In this document: positions 51,967 to 60,240 of the stretch, piece after piece
How positions within the stretch are numbered: the stretch's first letter is position 1
How the letters are laid out: every line of letters begins with the position of its first letter
Assembly: GCA_965216635.1 (NCBI GenBank)
Contig: OZ244188.1
Coordinates: forward strand, 1,984,001 to 2,048,000
Source: a bacterium
GTDB taxonomy: Bacteria; SAR324; XYD2-FULL-50-16; G965216635
Length of the DNA stretch: 64,000 nucleotides
Direction: 5' to 3'
Program-made: the position numbers and the translations under genes
Notes under the pieces: generated by a model
Databases searched by the model: none
What the model was told of the DNA's origin: nothing
What the model saw: only the letters and a program-made list of their open reading frames with translations

Positions 51967-52164
51967 ATGAAAACAGCAAAAAATGAAGTGCAAGCACTTT
52001 TAAATAAATTGCCTGATGATTGTGTGATAGAAGATATTCAATACCATTTGTATGTTATTGAAAAAGTTCGTAGAGGCATTAGTCGGGCAAACAAAGAAGG
52101 CGCAATATCACAACAAGATGCAGAAAAACGGTTGCTAATTCAAAAATATCTCAAGAAATTATAA
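51967..52164 (+). CDS. antitoxin-like protein with replaced C-terminus
   Basis: MKTAKNEVQALLNKLPDDC..EDIQYHLYVIEKVRRG resembles ParE/RelE-partner antitoxins; ends in module sequence and no toxin follows. Confidence 0.6.
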   Translation: MKTAKNEVQALLNKLPDDCVIEDIQYHLYVIEKVRRGISRANKEGAISQQDAEKRLLIQKYLKKL

Positions 52165-52328
52165 TGTTTATGTTTATCCCTTTTGGAATGGTCTTGGCTC
52201 TTTTTACATTTATAGCTATTCACAGCCATTTTGCTCTGGCTGACATAGGTAAAGATGAAAGCAAAAAAAGTAGTAAAAAACCAAGAGTGAAATCAAAAGC
52301 AAAAGCAAAAAAATCTAAAATATTCTAG
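52164..52328 (+). CDS. repeated small membrane protein A, copy 1 (54 aa)
   Basis: MFMFIPFGMVLALFTFIAIHSHFALADIGKDESKK...; hydrophobic helix plus Lys-rich tail; frame conserved in 4 copies. Confidence 0.65.
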   Translation: MFMFIPFGMVLALFTFIAIHSHFALADIGKDESKKSSKKPRVKSKAKAKKSKIF

Positions 52329-52376
52329 CCAATAGATAACGTTATTACTGGTGGGATTCAAACACTAAATATACTT

Positions 52377-52646
52377 ATGAAAAAATTTTATTTTTATCCA
52401 AAAGACGAAAATGCTTTTAAAGACCAAGCTGTTAGGAATTTTGTTAGGACATTAATATTTAATGAACAGACTAATGCTATTAGCAGTTATACGCGTAAAG
52501 TTAGTAAAAAATGGGAACAAACTGTTAAAAATAATATAGAAAGTGACCAGAGAATTAAAGATTTGCAGAATGAAAACTATCAAATTTATAGTTGGGTAGT
52601 AAAAACCAAATCTGATTTTTCTTTGCCTTTTTTGGGGGAAAAATAG
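52377..52646 (+). CDS. repeated hypothetical protein B, copy 1
   Basis: 89 aa; three near-identical in-frame copies. Confidence 0.7.
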   Translation: MKKFYFYPKDENAFKDQAVRNFVRTLIFNEQTNAISSYTRKVSKKWEQTVKNNIESDQRIKDLQNENYQIYSWVVKTKSDFSLPFLGEK

Positions 52647-52658
52647 TATTAGTTTTTT

Positions 52659-52710
52659 TATAATAAATCATTCCAGCCGACCGCTTACGCGGTAAGTGGT
52701 TGTGTTGAGG
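52659..52710 (+). other. degenerate attC-like site 2
   Basis: taataaatcattccagccgaccgcttacgcggtaagtggttgt-gttgagg; hairpin and GTTRRR end. Confidence 0.55.
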
Positions 52711-52731
52711 AATAAAATAGGAATGTTAAAA

Positions 52732-53037
52732 ATGAGTAAAATAAAAATCAATATCATATTTGTAGCACTAATATTGCTCGCTCCCAATATAAATGCGCAA
52801 GACTATCAAGGTAAATATTGCGAATTGGATGGTGCAGAAACCGATAGTGGCAAGAGTGTTACAGGAGAGTGCTACATGTATAGTGATAAGTACGGCGAAC
52901 TAGATGGTGCAGAAACCGAAGATGGTGAGTCGGTTTCTGGTGAGTGTTATCGTTATTCTAGACGGTATGCTGAATTAGAAAGCGCAGAAACCGAAGATGG
53001 TGAGTCGGTTTCTGGTGAGTGTTATTTTTACAAATAA
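52732..53037 (+). CDS. secreted acidic Cys-repeat protein C, copy 1
   Basis: Signal peptide ending INA-QD and three ~25-aa repeats YxELDGAETxxGxSVxGECY. Confidence 0.75.
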   Translation: MSKIKINIIFVALILLAPNINAQDYQGKYCELDGAETDSGKSVTGECYMYSDKYGELDGAETEDGESVSGECYRYSRRYAELESAETEDGESVSGECYFYK

Positions 53038-53075
53038 AACTACTCTTAAAAAATCAAACTTCTCAAGGAATTATA

Positions 53076-53240
53076 ATGTTTATGTTTATCCCTTTTGGAA
53101 TGGTCTTGGCTCTTTTTACATTCATGGCTATTCACAGTCATTTTGCTCTGGCTGACATAGGTAAAGATGAAAGCAAAAAAAGTAGTAAAAAACCAAGAGT
53201 GAAATCAAAAGCAAAAGCAAAAAAATCTAAAATATTCTAG
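53076..53240 (+). CDS. repeated small membrane protein A, copy 2
   Basis: As copy 1. Confidence 0.65.
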   Translation: MFMFIPFGMVLALFTFMAIHSHFALADIGKDESKKSSKKPRVKSKAKAKKSKIF

Positions 53241-53288
53241 CCAATAGATAACGTTATTACTGGTGGGATTCAAACACTAAATATACTT

Positions 53289-53561
53289 ATGAAAAAATTT
53301 TATTTTTATCCAAAAGACGAAAATGCTTTTAAAGACCAAGCTGTTAGGAATTTTGTTAGGACATTAATATTTGATGAACAGACTAATGCTATTCATAGCA
53401 GTTATACGCGTAAAGTTAGTAAAAAATGGGAACAAACTGTTAAAAATAATATAGAAAGTGACCAGAGAATTAAAGATTTGCAGAATGAAAATTATCAAAT
53501 TTATAGTTGGGTAGTAAAAACCAAATCTGATTTTTCTTTGCCTTTTTTTGGGGAAAAATAG
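53289..53561 (+). CDS. repeated hypothetical protein B, copy 2
   Basis: As copy 1, with one extra codon. Confidence 0.7.
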   Translation: MKKFYFYPKDENAFKDQAVRNFVRTLIFDEQTNAIHSSYTRKVSKKWEQTVKNNIESDQRIKDLQNENYQIYSWVVKTKSDFSLPFFGEK

Positions 53562-53572
53562 TATTAGTTTTT

Positions 53573-53628
53573 TTACAACAAATCATTTCAGTCAATTACT
53601 AATGCTTTGGCTAAATTTGAGGTAGGCA
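53573..53628 (+). other. degenerate attC-like site 3
   Basis: ttacaac-aaatcatttcagtcaa...ttggctaaat-ttgag-gtaggc; arms pair with one extra base. Confidence 0.55.
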
Positions 53629-53648
53629 TTAAAATCAGGAGCTAGAAT

Positions 53649-53984
53649 ATGTATTCAGCAGCATTTATTTTTGAACCAGGGAACTATGACGATGAGTTTT
53701 ATTCTTTGGATAAGAAAATACACGAAATAGCGGAATCTATGAAAGGATTTCTTGGCAGAGAATCGTGGCAAACCGCAGACGGAAAAAGAGTAAATTCAAC
53801 TTACTATTGGGAAAATGAAGAAGTTTTGAAAGCCTTTTCAAGACACCCCAAACATCTTGAAGCAAAACGGCAATATACTAAGTGGTACAAAGGATTTCAC
53901 ATTGTTATATCTGAAATTCAACATTCGTATGGAGATGGTTATTTTTCCCATATTACTCCTAATAGCAGAGCAAAACATAGCTAA
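53649..53984 (+). CDS. ABM/DUF4188-like dimeric alpha-beta barrel protein
   Basis: GFLGRESW, YYWENEE.LKAF..HPKHLEAK...WY. Confidence 0.8.
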   Translation: MYSAAFIFEPGNYDDEFYSLDKKIHEIAESMKGFLGRESWQTADGKRVNSTYYWENEEVLKAFSRHPKHLEAKRQYTKWYKGFHIVISEIQHSYGDGYFSHITPNSRAKHS

Positions 53985-53995
53985 TAAAAACTCTT

Positions 53996-54122
53996 ATGAA
54001 AGAAAAACAGATTACAGAAACAATAGCCCTATCTTTATTTTGGTTTGACAGTACTAAGCGGGCTTGTTTTCTTAGCCTTTGATTTTTACTTTAAGATACT
54101 TAAACTTCTCAAGAAACTATAA
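53996..54122 (+). pseudogene. small membrane ORF Z, frameshifted
   Basis: Removing one T gives MKEKQITETIALSLFGLTVLSGLVFLAFDFYFKILKLLKKL*, whose stop overlaps the ATG of A (TAATG); its 3' tail precedes every A copy. Confidence 0.5.
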
Positions 54123-54280
54123 TGTTTATGTTTATCCCTTTTGGAATGGTCTTGGCTTTTTTTACATTTATAGCTATTCACAGCCATTTTGCTCTGGCTG
54201 ACATAGGTAAAGATGAAAGCAAAAAAAGTAGTAAAAAACCAAGAGCGAAATCAAAAGCAAAAAAATCTAAAATATTCTAG
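54122..54280 (+). CDS. repeated small membrane protein A, copy 3
   Basis: As copy 1, with an in-frame 6-bp deletion. Confidence 0.65.
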   Translation: MFMFIPFGMVLAFFTFIAIHSHFALADIGKDESKKSSKKPRAKSKAKKSKIF

Positions 54281-54328
54281 CCAATAGATAACGTTATTAC
54301 TGGTGGGATTCAAACACTAAATATACTT

Positions 54329-54601
54329 ATGAAAAAATTTTATTTTTATCCAAAAGACGAAAATGCTTTTAAAGACCAAGCTGTTAGGAATTTTGTTAGG
54401 ACATTAATATTTAATGAACAGACTAATGCTATTTATAGCAGTTATACGCGTAAAGTTAGTAAAAAATGGGAACAAACTGTTAAAAATAATATAGAAAGTG
54501 ACCAGAGAATTAAAGATTTGCCGAATGAAAATTATCAAATTTATAGTTGGGTAGTAAAAACCAAATCTGATTTTTCTTTGCCTTTTTTGGGGGAAAAATA
54601 G
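54329..54601 (+). CDS. repeated hypothetical protein B, copy 3
   Basis: As copy 2, with substitutions. Confidence 0.7.
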   Translation: MKKFYFYPKDENAFKDQAVRNFVRTLIFNEQTNAIYSSYTRKVSKKWEQTVKNNIESDQRIKDLPNENYQIYSWVVKTKSDFSLPFLGEK

Positions 54602-54612
54602 TATTAGTTTTT

Positions 54613-54665
54613 TTACAACAAATCATTCCAGCCGACCGCTTACGCGGTAAGTGGTTGTGTTGAGG
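54613..54665 (+). other. degenerate attC-like site 4
   Basis: ttacaac-aaatcattccagccgaccgcttacgcggtaagtggttgt-gttgagg. Confidence 0.55.
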
Positions 54666-54686
54666 AATAAAATAGGAATGTTAAAA

Positions 54687-54992
54687 ATGAGTAAAATAAA
54701 AATCAATATCATATTTGTAGCACTAATATTGCTCGCTCCCAATATAAATGCGCAAGACTATCAAGGTAAATATTGCGAATTGGATGGTGCAGAAACCGAT
54801 AGTGGCAAGAGTGTTACAGGAGAGTGCTACATGTATAGTGATAAGTACGGCGAACTAGATGGTGCAGAAACCGAAGATGGTGAGTCGGTTTCTGGTGAGT
54901 GTTATCGTTATTCTAGACGGTATGCTGAATTAGAAAGCGCAGAAACCGAAGATGGTGAGTCGGTCTCTGGTGAGTGTTATTTTTACAAATAA
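54687..54992 (+). CDS. secreted acidic Cys-repeat protein C, copy 2
   Basis: Protein identical to copy 1. Confidence 0.75.
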   Translation: MSKIKINIIFVALILLAPNINAQDYQGKYCELDGAETDSGKSVTGECYMYSDKYGELDGAETEDGESVSGECYRYSRRYAELESAETEDGESVSGECYFYK

Positions 54993-55030
54993 AACTACTC
55001 TTAAAAAATCAAACTTCTCAAGAAATTATA

Positions 55031-55180
55031 ATGTTTATGTTTATCCCTTTTGGAATGGTCTTGGCTTTTTTTACATTTATAGCTATTCACAGCCATTTTG
55101 CTCTGGCTGACATAGGTAAAGATGAAAGCAAAAAAAGTAATAAAAAACCAAGAGCAAAATCAAAATCAAAAACAAAATAA
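55031..55180 (+). CDS. repeated small membrane protein A, copy 4 (shorter tail)
   Basis: As copy 1, diverging at the 3' end. Confidence 0.6.
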   Translation: MFMFIPFGMVLAFFTFIAIHSHFALADIGKDESKKSNKKPRAKSKSKTK

Positions 55181-55211
55181 CAAAACCAAAAAAGCAGATA
55201 ATTTTATTTGC

Positions 55212-55236
55212 AAGGCAGATATAGGTCTGCTCCTAC
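55212..55236 (-). repeat. single GTAG-type REP (second family)
   Basis: Minus strand GTAG-GAGCAGACCTATATCTGCCTT hairpin between convergent genes. Confidence 0.55.
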
Positions 55237-55242
55237 AACAAA

Positions 55243-56268
55243 TCACCTAATAGCAGTTTTCCACTGTCGCAACCATTTCCTTTGTTTTTTTGTGATGGCT
55301 TTTTCGTCCAAAAGAGGTAGAGTTTTTGGCTCTTTATCAAATTCCTTAGGAAAGTTTTTATAGGCTATGACTGGATACATCCAATTGCTTGTAGGAATAG
55401 CATTTTGAAAATCTTCGCTTAGCATAAAATCAATAAACTCTTGAGCCAACTCTAAATTTTTACTTTTTTTAGATATTGTAGCAAATTCTATTTGTGGGTA
55501 GTGCCCTTCTGCAAAAATAGCTGCCTTATATTTTTTCTCCCCTTCCACAATTTTGTGATAAGCAGAGCTAGTCACATAGCTCAAAACTATCGGGGTTTCT
55601 CCCTTGACAAACATTCCATAAGCAGCAGACCACCCGCTAGTGATATTGATCAGGTTCGGGGATAATTTTTGCCAATAATCTACAAAGCCTTTTTCTCCAA
55701 ATTTCAGAATAGTCCAGTGTAAAAAAGAAAGTCCGGGTGCAGAAGAAACAGGGCTCTCTATCACTATTTTTTTGCGAAATCTTTTATCGGTTAAATCTTT
55801 TAAAGAACGCGGTGGATTTTTTATTTTTTCACTATCGTAGATAAAAGCCAAATGTCCATAATCAAAAGGGATAAATCTTTTTTTTTCGTCTAGCTGAAAA
55901 TTTTTTTCTAACTTGGAATAAAGTTTTCCTCCATAGCTGGCAAATAGATCTAATTTTTTTAGTTTGGCAAGGTGGGTGTCGTTTAAGCCGAGTAAAATAT
56001 CCGCTTTGCTAGATTTGTTTTTGCTGTTTTTTTGCTCTAAGGTAAACCGAGCCAAAAGCTGTCCCGTGTCTTCTAATGTGACAATTTTGAGTTTGCAGCT
56101 GCATTTTTTTTCAAAAAGAGGAAATACCTTAGGCCCTGGTCCCCATTCGGAATTGAAAGAACTGTAAGTATAAATTGTTAAATCATTCGCTACTGCAGAA
56201 AAAGGCAACAGTAAAAAAATCAACGGCGAAAAAATCAAGCAAAACAAAAAGGAGATTTTTTTTATCAT
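55243..56268 (-). CDS. thiB: thiamine ABC transporter substrate-binding protein
   Basis: LTIYTYSSFNSEWGPGP, PFDYG, GWSAAYGMF, LSYVTS, NWMYP; TPP riboswitch upstream. Confidence 0.92.
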   Translation of the reverse strand: MIKKISFLFCLIFSPLIFLLLPFSAVANDLTIYTYSSFNSEWGPGPKVFPLFEKKCSCKLKIVTLEDTGQLLARFTLEQKNSKNKSSKADILLGLNDTHLAKLKKLDLFASYGGKLYSKLEKNFQLDEKKRFIPFDYGHLAFIYDSEKIKNPPRSLKDLTDKRFRKKIVIESPVSSAPGLSFLHWTILKFGEKGFVDYWQKLSPNLINITSGWSAAYGMFVKGETPIVLSYVTSSAYHKIVEGEKKYKAAIFAEGHYPQIEFATISKKSKNLELAQEFIDFMLSEDFQNAIPTSNWMYPVIAYKNFPKEFDKEPKTLPLLDEKAITKKQRKWLRQWKTAIR

Positions 56269-56339
56269 AATTAGTATAAATTATTATCAAGGGGAAAATA
56301 AAATTCTCTAGGGATGATAAAAAAAGGGATGCTCAAAAA

Positions 56340-56416
56340 ATTTCCTTCGTCGGCATTATCCGAATCAGGTTCAAAGGGTTTGTTCTCAGGCTTTCTTTTT
56401 TTGCCACCCCTAGAGA
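56340..56416 (-). ncRNA. TPP riboswitch
   Basis: Minus strand ctctaGGGGTG...CTGAGA..ACCCTTTGAACCTGATTCGGATAATGCCGACGAAGGAA. Confidence 0.93.
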
Positions 56417-56514
56417 TAACATTATTTTTAGACTAGAATTTTTTTTTAAGCAATAAAAAAATTTTTGCTTTTAGTGGTGGTTTTTCTTAAACTAGAAGGA
56501 AAAATAGTATTCCT

Positions 56515-56622
56515 ACTTTTAAGATGATTCAATTTCTACAGGCGCAATTTTTACAGGCGCAATTTCTACAGGCGCAATTTTTACTTTTAAGATGATTCAA
56601 TTTTTACAGGCGCAATTTCTAC
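56515..56622. repeat. duplicated gene start with 15-bp repeats
   Basis: acttttaagatgattcaattt twice and acaggcgcaattt(c/t)t units. Confidence 0.85.
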
Positions 56623-57602
56623 AAGAGCAGTGGTTTTTTTTGCTTATAGCTTTTTTTGTTGGCACATTGGGAGCTGGAGTGGTTGCTAGGTGGGGAAAAA
56701 AATTATTTTTAGTAGATATTCCTGTAGAAAGGAGCTCCCATAAAAAAAAAACCACTAAAGGAGGAGGCATAGGTATAGTTTTGGTTGCTCTCGGCTACGC
56801 AATTTATAATCCTTTATTTTCTTGGGTTTTTCCACTAGTTGCTTTAGCTCTTTTTTCTTTTTATGGGGATCGCAAAGAAATATCTTTCAAATGGAGACTT
56901 TTTTTTCAGTTTGTTTTTATTTTTTTTAGTTTAGTTTTTGCTTCTGTTTTCATACAAACAGCGGATTTTTTTCAGTTTTCTTTTTTGTGGATTTTTTTTA
57001 TTTTATTTATTAGCGGCACTGCCAATTTTTTTAATTTTATGGATGGTATAGATGGAATTGCTAGTATTACGGCGATTGTAGCTTTTGTCGCTTTGGGATT
57101 TTTTGCATTTTCCAAAGAGACTAACCAAGAGTGGCAATTTTTTTGTTTTTTAATTATTTTCGCTATTGGTGGATTTTTACCTTGGAATTTTTTTTTACCG
57201 AAAGTATTTATGGGAGATGTAGGCAGTATATTTTTAGGAACTACGATTGCTTGCTCTATTGTGTTTTTAGCGCAAAATTGGTTTGATTTTTTTATACTCT
57301 GTTCTATATTATTTCCGTTTTATGCGGACTGTCTGCTGACTTTGATAGCCAAAAAAATAAGAAAAATTCCTTTGAACCAACCGCACCGCATACACCTTTA
57401 CCAAATACTTGCCAACGAAGCGAAACTAGGGCATTTCAAAGTAACTCTTTTTTATGCTAGTTTTCAAATTATTTTTATCTTGCTTGTTTTTTCTTTTGCA
57501 AAAAATCTGAAGGAATTGGTTTGGTGGCTTTTTGCAATATTTAGTTTTATTATTTTGCTTTACTTTTATTTAAGACAAAAAATTATCAACCGCTTTTTTT
57601 AA
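56592..57602 (+). CDS. MraY/WecA-family polyprenyl-phosphate GlcNAc-1-P transferase
   Basis: RSSH...GGGI, NFFNFMDGIDG, KVFMGDVGS, HRIHLYQ; polytopic membrane protein. Confidence 0.9.
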   Translation: MIQFLQAQFLQEQWFFLLIAFFVGTLGAGVVARWGKKLFLVDIPVERSSHKKKTTKGGGIGIVLVALGYAIYNPLFSWVFPLVALALFSFYGDRKEISFKWRLFFQFVFIFFSLVFASVFIQTADFFQFSFLWIFFILFISGTANFFNFMDGIDGIASITAIVAFVALGFFAFSKETNQEWQFFCFLIIFAIGGFLPWNFFLPKVFMGDVGSIFLGTTIACSIVFLAQNWFDFFILCSILFPFYADCLLTLIAKKIRKIPLNQPHRIHLYQILANEAKLGHFKVTLFYASFQIIFILLVFSFAKNLKELVWWLFAIFSFIILLYFYLRQKIINRFF

Positions 57603-57607
57603 AAAAA

Positions 57608-58561
57608 ATGAAAATAAAAATAAAAATACCCGCCTCTAGTGCTAATTTAGGTTCGGGGTTTGATTGTCTTTCTGTGGCTCTCAATCTTTACAATTTTTAC
57701 GAATTTGAAACTCATACAAAAGAAATCAAGCAAAGTTATACTTCAGATATTTCTCAATTTTCTCTAAAAGAAGATTTGGTTGAAAAAGCCTATTTGAAAA
57801 ATTGCCAGCAGTATGGTTTAGAAACTATTCCGTTTCATTTGCATTGTTACGCACAAATTCCATCTGCTATAGGGTTGGGCTCTTCTGCGAATGCGGTTTT
57901 AGCAGGAGTGCTTTTAGCAAAAATCGTTCACAAAAGAAAAATAGATAAAGCAGAAGTTTTACAAGATGCACTTGTTTTAGAAAATCATCCCGATAATATT
58001 GCAAGCTGTCTTTATGGAGGTTTTAATATTTCCATATTGAAAAACAAACAGCTAAAGAACAACCAGCTAAAAAACAAACAGCTAAAAAAAAATAGCCAGC
58101 AAAACAATGCAGCAAAAAATTTTCACTATCCCATCACAGAAAAGCTGCACTGCATTTTTTTACAACTGAATGGAACGAGTGAAACAAAAGAAAATAGAAG
58201 ACAACTTCCCAAAGAATACTCCAGTGAAGATGTGGTTTTTAACCTAGGACGTTCGGCTTTAACTGCGGCTGCTTTTGTGAGCCAAAATTTTCCTCTTTTA
58301 AAAGAAGGAACTCAAGATAGACTACACCAGCCTTACCGTTTCCGCGATAATTTAGCCATAGCCGATTTAGAGCAAAAACTTTTAGGAGAAGATTTTTTTG
58401 GATTAGCTTTGAGCGGCAGCGGTCCTTCTTTGATTGTTTTTTGTAGTGTTATTTCACAGAGAATTTTATGTGTTTTAGACGAGTATTTTTCTGCAAAAAA
58501 AGAGGATTTTAAACTCATGCATTTAAAAATTGATAATCAAGGAGCGGTGATAGAATCTTAA
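57608..58561 (+). CDS. thrB: homoserine kinase
   Basis: PASSANLGSGFD, GLGSS, EnHPDN, DRLHQPYR, LSGSGPS. Confidence 0.95.
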   Translation: MKIKIKIPASSANLGSGFDCLSVALNLYNFYEFETHTKEIKQSYTSDISQFSLKEDLVEKAYLKNCQQYGLETIPFHLHCYAQIPSAIGLGSSANAVLAGVLLAKIVHKRKIDKAEVLQDALVLENHPDNIASCLYGGFNISILKNKQLKNNQLKNKQLKKNSQQNNAAKNFHYPITEKLHCIFLQLNGTSETKENRRQLPKEYSSEDVVFNLGRSALTAAAFVSQNFPLLKEGTQDRLHQPYRFRDNLAIADLEQKLLGEDFFGLALSGSGPSLIVFCSVISQRILCVLDEYFSAKKEDFKLMHLKIDNQGAVIES

Positions 58562-58576
58562 ACGATAAAATTTTAG

Positions 58577-59815
58577 ATGATGAAATTCCTAGAAAAAGAG
58601 CTAATCTTTGTAACACAAGAAAAATTTTATCAAATCCAGCTTTCTCAAAAACAAAAAATAGACTCGGAATCTTATCAGTTAGTTTTAAAGCAGGTAGACG
58701 AAAAATTTTTACGAAGTTTTTCTTTTAAAAAAATTTTACTGGGTTATCCCTATGTAAATATATTTTTACCTCTAGTTCCCACTCCCCACAAAAAAGAATA
58801 CCAAAATTTAGCCGATTTTTTTTTGCCTAAAGAAATATTTTCTAATGCTCTGCCCCAATATATTCAGATTTTCCCCATAAATGATACTTCTGTTCGCTAT
58901 GTGCATTACCAATTAACACAGCAAGGAAAAGCCCTTATTAAAAAATTTCCTTTTCAATGTAGGTGGGAATTTATGTTTTCTTTTTTTTCAAAAAAGCTAT
59001 TTTTAAACGCCAACCAGCTAGACAAGAATTTGGCTCTTTTTTTTGAAAATGAAATTATTTTAGTTCAAAAATACTTTTCCGATTTACACTACCTCGCTAA
59101 TTCTAGGAATTTAACTCAGGCTAAATTTTTAGAATTGGCAAAGTATGTTTTTCCATTCCAAGCCAACGAAAATTACCATTTTAAAACTTTGATTAGTTCT
59201 ATAGAACTAGATTCTTTTGAAGAAGCCCAAACAGAAATATCACTTCAAAATAGTTTTTCTAATCGCGGGCTTTCTTTTTCTTGGAGTGATTTTTTTTATC
59301 GCAGACCGGCACTTATCAAAAGAGCTACTACAAAATTTAAAAAAATTAGAATTTTAAAATTTTTACCCAAAATAGCTGTTGTTTTTATCTTGTTAGCAGG
59401 CAGTCATTTTTCTTATAATTTTTATCTTTTAAACCAACTAAAAAAAGAGTTAAAAGAAATAAGAAATTATAGTTCGGTTGCTCAAGACAAGGTTGCAACC
59501 CAGTTTGTAGCGAAGGGCAAAATAATTTTGCAAAGCAAAGTTTTAGCAATGCTTATAAAAGAGCAGAGCGTTTTACCCTCAGGGATTTTTGAAGACCTGG
59601 ACGATTGGCTAGGAAAAAATAGCTGGCTGGTTTCTTTAGACATAAAGCAAAAAGAAGTAAAAATGCAAATTGCATCTACAAATTCAAATTTTGCAGAAAA
59701 AAAACAGGCAGACTTGAGTTTGTTTTTCAAAGACAAAAGAATTACCCTTCAAAAAAAAGGAGAGCAAAGAAAAGGTAAGCAAAAAATTTATTTTTTTGAT
59801 ATACTAGTCAATTAA
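58577..59815 (+). CDS. bitopic membrane protein, possibly GspL/PilN-like
   Basis: Cytoplasmic N-domain, single TM, coiled coil, then SWLVSLDI..VKMQI ferredoxin-like end. Confidence 0.45.
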   Translation: MMKFLEKELIFVTQEKFYQIQLSQKQKIDSESYQLVLKQVDEKFLRSFSFKKILLGYPYVNIFLPLVPTPHKKEYQNLADFFLPKEIFSNALPQYIQIFPINDTSVRYVHYQLTQQGKALIKKFPFQCRWEFMFSFFSKKLFLNANQLDKNLALFFENEIILVQKYFSDLHYLANSRNLTQAKFLELAKYVFPFQANENYHFKTLISSIELDSFEEAQTEISLQNSFSNRGLSFSWSDFFYRRPALIKRATTKFKKIRILKFLPKIAVVFILLAGSHFSYNFYLLNQLKKELKEIRNYSSVAQDKVATQFVAKGKIILQSKVLAMLIKEQSVLPSGIFEDLDDWLGKNSWLVSLDIKQKEVKMQIASTNSNFAEKKQADLSLFFKDKRITLQKKGEQRKGKQKIYFFDILVN

Positions 59816-59876
59816 TAGACTAAAATTTGTTGTTTTTACGAAATTAGTTTATGATTTAACAAATTTTATAACAAAC

Positions 59877-59962
59877 GAATTAGGCATTATAGGAAGGCTA
59901 GCCAAATGGTTAGAAAAGTGCAAAAAAATTTTTTTTTTTTAACGCCGTATAGCCGAACTAGA
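59877..59962. mobile_element. short MITE-like element
   Basis: gaattaggcattataggaaggctagccaaatggttagaa ... tagccgaactaga. Confidence 0.7.
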
Positions 59963-60004
59963 TTAAATAAGCAAAATATCTAATAACAAATTTTATAACA
60001 AATG

Positions 60005-60231
60005 AATTAGGCATTCTAGGAAGGCTAGACAAGGCGAAAAAAATTTTTAGCTCGCAGGAATATATAGAATATTTCAAGAGTTAAAATTTTTTTTTAACAG
60101 CGTAGTACTAAACACTACAAAACTTAACGTTCAGCAAGAGTGAAATGTGAAATAGCCACTGGCTGTTTCACAAATAGCCTGTCTGAAGTTTTAAGCAATA
60201 AGCCTGTTTTGCCGAACTAGAATGCCTAATT
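60005..60231. mobile_element. MITE-like element, long form
   Basis: Perfect 15-bp IR aattaggcattctag/ctagaatgcctaatt; modules shared with 8447, 10576 and 20526 copies. Confidence 0.85.
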
Positions 60232-60240
60232 AAAAAAAAG

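Noticed and set aside
51897..55245. Complete integron or prophage
   Set aside because: No intI, attI or recognisable phage genes in the window; the attC-like sites are degenerate
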